This document shows, piece by piece, positions 59,396-64,000 of a stretch of DNA of 64,000 bases. The position numbers and the translations under genes are program-made. The first letter of the stretch is position 1, and each line of letters starts with the position of its first letter. Origin of the DNA: a phage; NCBI GenBank assembly GCA_020241865.1, contig GCA_020241865.1_4709.1; one strand, written 5' to 3'. Under the pieces are notes generated by a model. The model ran no database searches and was not told the DNA's origin. It saw nothing but the letters and a program-made list of their open reading frames with translations.

Positions 59396-61398
59396 AACGT
59401 GATTACATCCTCCGGTTTAGGTTCTTTACGCGGTAACAGCATGTAGTCGATCGGATGATCCGGCTTCATGGTTGGGATATAACTGTTCGGGTTTTGGAAC
59501 GCATCCAGTTGCTCTTGGTGAGCGAACTTCATACTCAAGGAGCGCATGTTCATGTTCTTCTTGAAGGTACTGAAGTATCGTGTTGTTCCCTGTTTCGGCA
59601 TGCGATAATCTTTCGTGTGTGGCGAACGAATCATGCTGGCGTAGAGAATAACGTCGAGATGCGAAAGGTTCATTCGCAGACGCTGGGCACACAGACGATG
59701 CCAATAATACAGCACGTTTGCAACTTCTTCCGGTGTTGCTTCGTCTTCCGAGAGGAATCCGGCACTGAAAGAACCTTTCCCGAATTTGAACTCACGTTCG
59801 ATTTCTTTTGCGTATTCCATCATGTTTTTGTGGATTAACGGCATCTGGAATAACGTACGTGAATTGTCCCAATGTTTCAAGTCGAAAATCACAATCCCGT
59901 CAGACGTCACTTCCCAGCTATGGCGTTTAAGATAACGGATAAACGCTTTACTCGGTACAACAGGACGACCGCAGAAATCGAAATTGACTTTGAGCTTACG
60001 ATAGCTTTCATCTTTCCTGTCGTAAATCTCCATATCGCAAAGCGTCATGTTAAACAAACGTTGCGGTATCAGCGAACTGATTTCTTCCGCTTCGGCTACA
60101 TCGTACAACATGTTCGCAAGACCTAACTTCATCTTAATCAGCACGTGTTTACCTTTCAGCTCACGTGCGAGTTTGATGTCGTTCATGTTCTGGCTGTAGC
60201 GAAGGATATGTTGATATTCAGGTGGGATTGGTGCTGTGGATACCGTTGACGAACCATCGTGGTGTTTGGTAGAAAGAATGTTCTGCGTTACCTGTTGCGA
60301 GCAGGTACGCGCTGCACCATCGCCGACATTATCGGTTAGTGCGAAGTTATGACTTAATTCACCGTAACACGTTGTACATACCCCAGCAGGATCGGGATGA
60401 TGGCAATAGTTAACGGAGCGCATGCGTACCGTCGTACCAATCAATTCTTTCATGTGTGGTTGTATCGCTACCAACGAACCGTCATCACGAATAATGAATC
60501 GACCATGGAAGCCACGCAGGTCGGTCTCATCGCGGATTGGCATCGGGATGGTCTCTTTACTACCACAATCACCAGGATGGAGTCGTTGCACGACCGCTGT
60601 CGCTATCTGAAGTTCACGACCGAAGTATTCAGACTTCTTGATCTGCTCTTTGTTAAACAACAACGATTTTGCCGCAGAACGGCTTTCTTTCAAGCTGTCG
60701 GGAAGAGAGATCAAACCTGCCGCGTATGACCGCATTACTGGATCACGGAATATCTCGGAGTTAATATCAGTCAAGAATCCACGCATCCCAATACACTGTA
60801 GCACCTGCCCAATCGAAACGTGTTCGGTTCTTACCGCACGTGCAATAGGGTTTGCATGTAACGTTTTATCGGTGCTCAGTACCTTGGTCAGTTTCTTGTA
60901 TGCGCTTTCGATACCTTCACGGGTGGGTTCCGCTTCGGCGATGATTTTCTTAACTTCGGGGTGTACAGTAATCTGATAAAAATCATCCGCGCAAATCGTT
61001 GTTACGTATTCCTCCAACGCATACGTAAAGAAGTTATACACATTGTTAAACATATCGAACAATGCTTTCCAGAGAACCTCACGATTCTCTTGTGGGTAAG
61101 CATACATGCATTGACGATACGCGGCGCTTTGCAACGCAACCGATGAACCCGCTGTGAACTTGCGTTTATCAACCAGGTTCTCTTTTGTCAGTGGTGTCTC
61201 AGGATACATGCGATGCACAGACCAGTGCATGTAACTAAAGAAAATGCGTCGCGCACGTAATTCATGAACGCCATCGTCCATCTCGATATATACGCGGTCA
61301 TTAGGCTGTGCCCACTCGAATACCTCATCAACCGGCCAGTGCATAAGCTCGCGTGCCCTCACACGACGTTTCGTGGTGGTCGTCTGTGTTGTAGTCAT
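59392..61398 (-). CDS. large hypothetical protein with Cys/His cluster, translationally coupled to the helicase
   Basis: 668-aa ORF; CHHPDPAGVCTTCYG cluster; function not recognised. Confidence 0.5.
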   Translation of the reverse strand: MTTTQTTTTKRRVRARELMHWPVDEVFEWAQPNDRVYIEMDDGVHELRARRIFFSYMHWSVHRMYPETPLTKENLVDKRKFTAGSSVALQSAAYRQCMYAYPQENREVLWKALFDMFNNVYNFFTYALEEYVTTICADDFYQITVHPEVKKIIAEAEPTREGIESAYKKLTKVLSTDKTLHANPIARAVRTEHVSIGQVLQCIGMRGFLTDINSEIFRDPVMRSYAAGLISLPDSLKESRSAAKSLLFNKEQIKKSEYFGRELQIATAVVQRLHPGDCGSKETIPMPIRDETDLRGFHGRFIIRDDGSLVAIQPHMKELIGTTVRMRSVNYCHHPDPAGVCTTCYGELSHNFALTDNVGDGAARTCSQQVTQNILSTKHHDGSSTVSTAPIPPEYQHILRYSQNMNDIKLARELKGKHVLIKMKLGLANMLYDVAEAEEISSLIPQRLFNMTLCDMEIYDRKDESYRKLKVNFDFCGRPVVPSKAFIRYLKRHSWEVTSDGIVIFDLKHWDNSRTLFQMPLIHKNMMEYAKEIEREFKFGKGSFSAGFLSEDEATPEEVANVLYYWHRLCAQRLRMNLSHLDVILYASMIRSPHTKDYRMPKQGTTRYFSTFKKNMNMRSLSMKFAHQEQLDAFQNPNSYIPTMKPDHPIDYMLLPRKEPKPEDVITL

Positions 61399-61543
61399 TA
61401 TTGCTTTCCGATTTAAATGGTTTTATCATACGGTTTACCAAATCCGTTGGACTTTACTATCGTTGTGATAGCATCGGGAATCCCTTCCCTTAGGTTATGT
61501 AGGTGTTAATATATCTCCACTGCTGACCTTTATGTCGGCAGCA

Positions 61544-62029
61544 TTATCCAGCTTTCTGTTGTAAAGCGTATGGATCCATAGCGTCAGACATATCCGCAAA
61601 AACGGTGAGAATAAACCCCTTTATCTGTCTCACCTCGGTTACACGAAGCCCTTTATCATTGCGATATACGTTTTCTTCACCGACTAACTTTGGTCGAATA
61701 ACATAAACTCCATCAACAAGCGGGAATGTCGGATACGGATAAATACCGATACGAATGATGTTTGGGTGATCGCCTAGAAGGTCACGTCCAAACTTATCGA
61801 CTCGACCATAAATCGTTCCATCCGCACCTTCCACCTCAATGAGATCATTTCGAATATCCTGAAATAGCTGTTCTAACGTGTCGGTGGGATACGCATATGC
61901 GACGCCTAACGCTGGATCCTCAATGGTTTTGACACTGAATCCGTTAAGCCAAACAATCCGTTCATCCGCCCATGTTTCTTCATATACCGTTAACCCATCG
62001 CCGTATATGTTGGCGTGTGCTATCTCCAT
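61544..62029 (-). CDS. hypothetical protein
   Basis: 161-aa ORF; preceded by a 31-codon mini-ORF that starts just after hairpin 62144..62173. Confidence 0.45.
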   Translation of the reverse strand: MEIAHANIYGDGLTVYEETWADERIVWLNGFSVKTIEDPALGVAYAYPTDTLEQLFQDIRNDLIEVEGADGTIYGRVDKFGRDLLGDHPNIIRIGIYPYPTFPLVDGVYVIRPKLVGEENVYRNDKGLRVTEVRQIKGFILTVFADMSDAMDPYALQQKAG

Positions 62030-62143
62030 AATCTCATTTCCTCTTATACGTTAGGATAGATGACATGTTGGATATACGTTGCCTTTGCATATATTGCTTT
62101 ATTTCCGTCAGAAATAACGGAAAATAAAAACAACGACATAGTT

Positions 62144-62173
62144 CCCTCCCACCTCCACATGGGAGAGGGAGGG
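62144..62173 (-). terminator. hairpin of the recurrent family (CCCTCCC/GGGAGGG with inner CC/GG pairing)
   Basis: 7-bp stem 62144-62150/62167-62173; on plus it is followed by TATTCGTGTTTATTACTCTATGCTG. Confidence 0.5.
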
Positions 62174-62186
62174 CTATTCGTGTTTA

Positions 62187-62549
62187 TTACTCTATGCTGT
62201 CTTCTTCAGCACAATCCTCTTCTGAACCGTCGAACGTTTTCTGCACTGCAGTGGTATCCCAGTTGGCAGCGTAATCAGCCATCGCTTCGCGCAGCGCTTC
62301 TTCACCGGCATCACCAGCCAGGTCAAGCACAACCAAACCTTGCGCGACGTTTTGAGCAACTGTATCAATAACGGTTGCATCTTCTTCAAAACTACGTACC
62401 GGTTCAATGGTGCCTACATCAACAGCATAGTTCGTGGTCGCTGTAAGCACGGCGACTTGTAGCGCATCGCTATCTTCATCATGCAATGCTGCTTCAATAC
62501 CGATTGGACGGACCAGTTCTTGCAGAGTTAATTTGCGAATTAAGTTCAT
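62187..62549 (-). CDS. small highly acidic protein, paralog of 63041..63451
   Basis: 120-aa ORF rich in D/E; the AQGLVVLDLAGDAGEEALREAM segment parallels ARGLMLLELFGEQGRTELQSEL in 63041..63451. Confidence 0.5.
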   Translation of the reverse strand: MNLIRKLTLQELVRPIGIEAALHDEDSDALQVAVLTATTNYAVDVGTIEPVRSFEEDATVIDTVAQNVAQGLVVLDLAGDAGEEALREAMADYAANWDTTAVQKTFDGSEEDCAEEDSIE

Positions 62550-62570
62550 TATATTTTCCTCAGGTGAATG

Positions 62571-62921
62571 TTAGCAATCGTTTAAAACTTTTTCGATACG
62601 ATGGTTGACGAATTCATTGAACGACTCTTCGGCTTGTTCGATAATTTCATCAACGTCGATATCTAATTGTTGGGGTTGGATAACATGCTCTTTCATGGTT
62701 TCTAGCCAGTATTCGGCTTTAACCATAACGTTAGCGACTTGTTCGACCTGACTGCGTATGTCGACGATCTGGCAATCAGGATTGTTAATATCGATGATGT
62801 GTCCGTGGTGTTTGATAAACCCTAACTTATTCGACGCCCTTACCGCATCGCGGGCAAGCTCTTGCAAGATTAAATTATTTACATAGTTCACTGCTATGGA
62901 ACGATTTTCTTTATCACTCAT
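62571..62921 (-). CDS. small acidic protein
   Basis: 116-aa ORF. Confidence 0.45.
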   Translation of the reverse strand: MSDKENRSIAVNYVNNLILQELARDAVRASNKLGFIKHHGHIIDINNPDCQIVDIRSQVEQVANVMVKAEYWLETMKEHVIQPQQLDIDVDEIIEQAEESFNEFVNHRIEKVLNDC

Positions 62922-63000
62922 ACCAGGGATCCTCTTTTAAGTGTTCACATTCTAGTGTTAAGCAGTTAAAATAAACCGTCCCTTTAATCAGCATAAACAT

Positions 63001-63029
63001 CCTCCTCCCACCACATAGGCAGGAGGAGG
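63001..63029 (-). terminator. hairpin of the recurrent family (CCTCCTCC/GGAGGAGG) followed on the minus strand by ATGTTTATGCTG
   Basis: 8-bp stem; a 28-codon mini-ORF starting at ATGTTTATGCTG ends overlapping the start of 62571..62921. Confidence 0.55.
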
Positions 63030-63040
63030 CGTAATATGCA

Positions 63041-63451
63041 TCAGAAAGGAGGACGATCTTTAAATTCTAGCAACGTGTCTTCGAAGCAAGCGATGAGTTC
63101 AGACTGCAATTCGGTACGGCCTTGTTCACCGAAGAGTTCCAGCAACATTAACCCCCGAGCGGTCTTCGTAGCAACCTCTTCGCAGATGCGGAGATCGTGA
63201 ACTTCATCATCGTTGACATCTTTACGTAACTGCGCTGCAATGAGCTTAAGATTGCCGTTTTCATCGTACTCGTCACGAAATGCATCATAAGCCGCATCGA
63301 TGTTCGCTATCCGTGTCAACCCTTCAGAATCCCGCCAGTCTCGATATAATCCAAGCAGGCGATTATGATTCTTCGTTTTGATGTTCGGTGCTGGAAGGTT
63401 GCGCAACAGATGTGGTGTAATCATTGCTATCACGCTATCCGAATGATCCAT
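63041..63451 (-). CDS. small acidic protein, paralog of 62187..62549
   Basis: 136-aa ORF. Confidence 0.5.
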   Translation of the reverse strand: MDHSDSVIAMITPHLLRNLPAPNIKTKNHNRLLGLYRDWRDSEGLTRIANIDAAYDAFRDEYDENGNLKLIAAQLRKDVNDDEVHDLRICEEVATKTARGLMLLELFGEQGRTELQSELIACFEDTLLEFKDRPPF

Positions 63452-63462
63452 CGTATACCTCG

Positions 63463-63969
63463 TTAGCTTTCGCAGTCATCTGCGTCGATGATTTGTCCGC
63501 CAGCAACGTTCAGTTGATGATACAGAATCCTCAACGCACGGTTGCCACCAATGGGATACTTCTCGAAGTTGGTTGCGATAGGAATCGCTGACGGCTTATC
63601 GGTCGCATAGATGCTTTCAGTGATGCTATCCACCTGTTTTGGATTGTTCGCATAATCCATAAAGACGCTTGCGAACCATCCGCCAGCAAAGGCGGTCACT
63701 TCGCGATGTTCAGATTCACCACAGTAACGAGTCGGTTGCTCTTTACCCGGAGAACTGTATTTATCGCTATTACTGAGCTTCGACGGTAATCCATGCGCCT
63801 GCAATTTAGGGATACCCACAGCTGACCAATCGTTCGCCGTCTTCTCCAACATCATGATGTACGTGTCACCGATCGCAATATCGTTCTTGGTTGTCCGCCA
63901 CTGCCCAGAACGTCCACGATACCGTACAGGACCTTTCTTCAACGGGAACTCACGAATCAGATTCTCCAT
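63463..63969 (-). CDS. hypothetical protein
   Basis: 168-aa ORF with ATG at 63967..63969. Confidence 0.45.
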   Translation of the reverse strand: MENLIREFPLKKGPVRYRGRSGQWRTTKNDIAIGDTYIMMLEKTANDWSAVGIPKLQAHGLPSKLSNSDKYSSPGKEQPTRYCGESEHREVTAFAGGWFASVFMDYANNPKQVDSITESIYATDKPSAIPIATNFEKYPIGGNRALRILYHQLNVAGGQIIDADDCES

Positions 63970-64000
63970 ACGTTCTGAACCGGCTGCGATACTGTCCGTT

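Noticed and set aside
59392-61398. Possible multisubunit RNA polymerase beta-prime-like or ribonucleotide reductase identity for the 668-aa Cys-cluster protein
   Set aside because: No NADFDGD, glycyl-radical or other catalytic signature could be found; left as hypothetical.

Overview
This 64 kb window looks like part of a densely coded, virulent tailed-phage genome: about 90 protein genes, nearly all on the minus strand, with one plus-strand island at 52.1-55.8 kb and no integrase, transposase, CRISPR array or tRNA seen by eye. The left 16 kb is a receptor-binding locus in which several tail fibre/tailspike genes share one N-terminal anchor module; it includes a P2 gpH-like fibre with Phage_fiber_2 repeats and a C-terminal S74-type chaperone, and DUF285-repeat fibres. 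The middle holds a lysis-candidate block, a SAM methyltransferase, a GNAT acetyltransferase, six tandem GcrA-like HTH paralogs, NAD-dependent DNA ligase, a Dam methyltransferase whose frame is broken at a G12 run, many small unknown genes, thymidylate synthase, a DEDDh exonuclease and two phosphoesterases. The right end has an SNF2-like ATPase, a displaced DUF285 fibre gene, and a DExH helicase carrying an intein in its P-loop. The most interesting non-coding signals are a family of GC-rich hairpins with covarying stems and a conserved TTTATGCTG tail, two identical C12 homopolymers, and a 25-nt motif repeated in two intergenic regions. All calls rest on motif recognition and ORF structure only; no database search was run, and the host/taxon guess (enterobacterial, rV5/phi92-like multi-fibre phage) is low-confidence inference.
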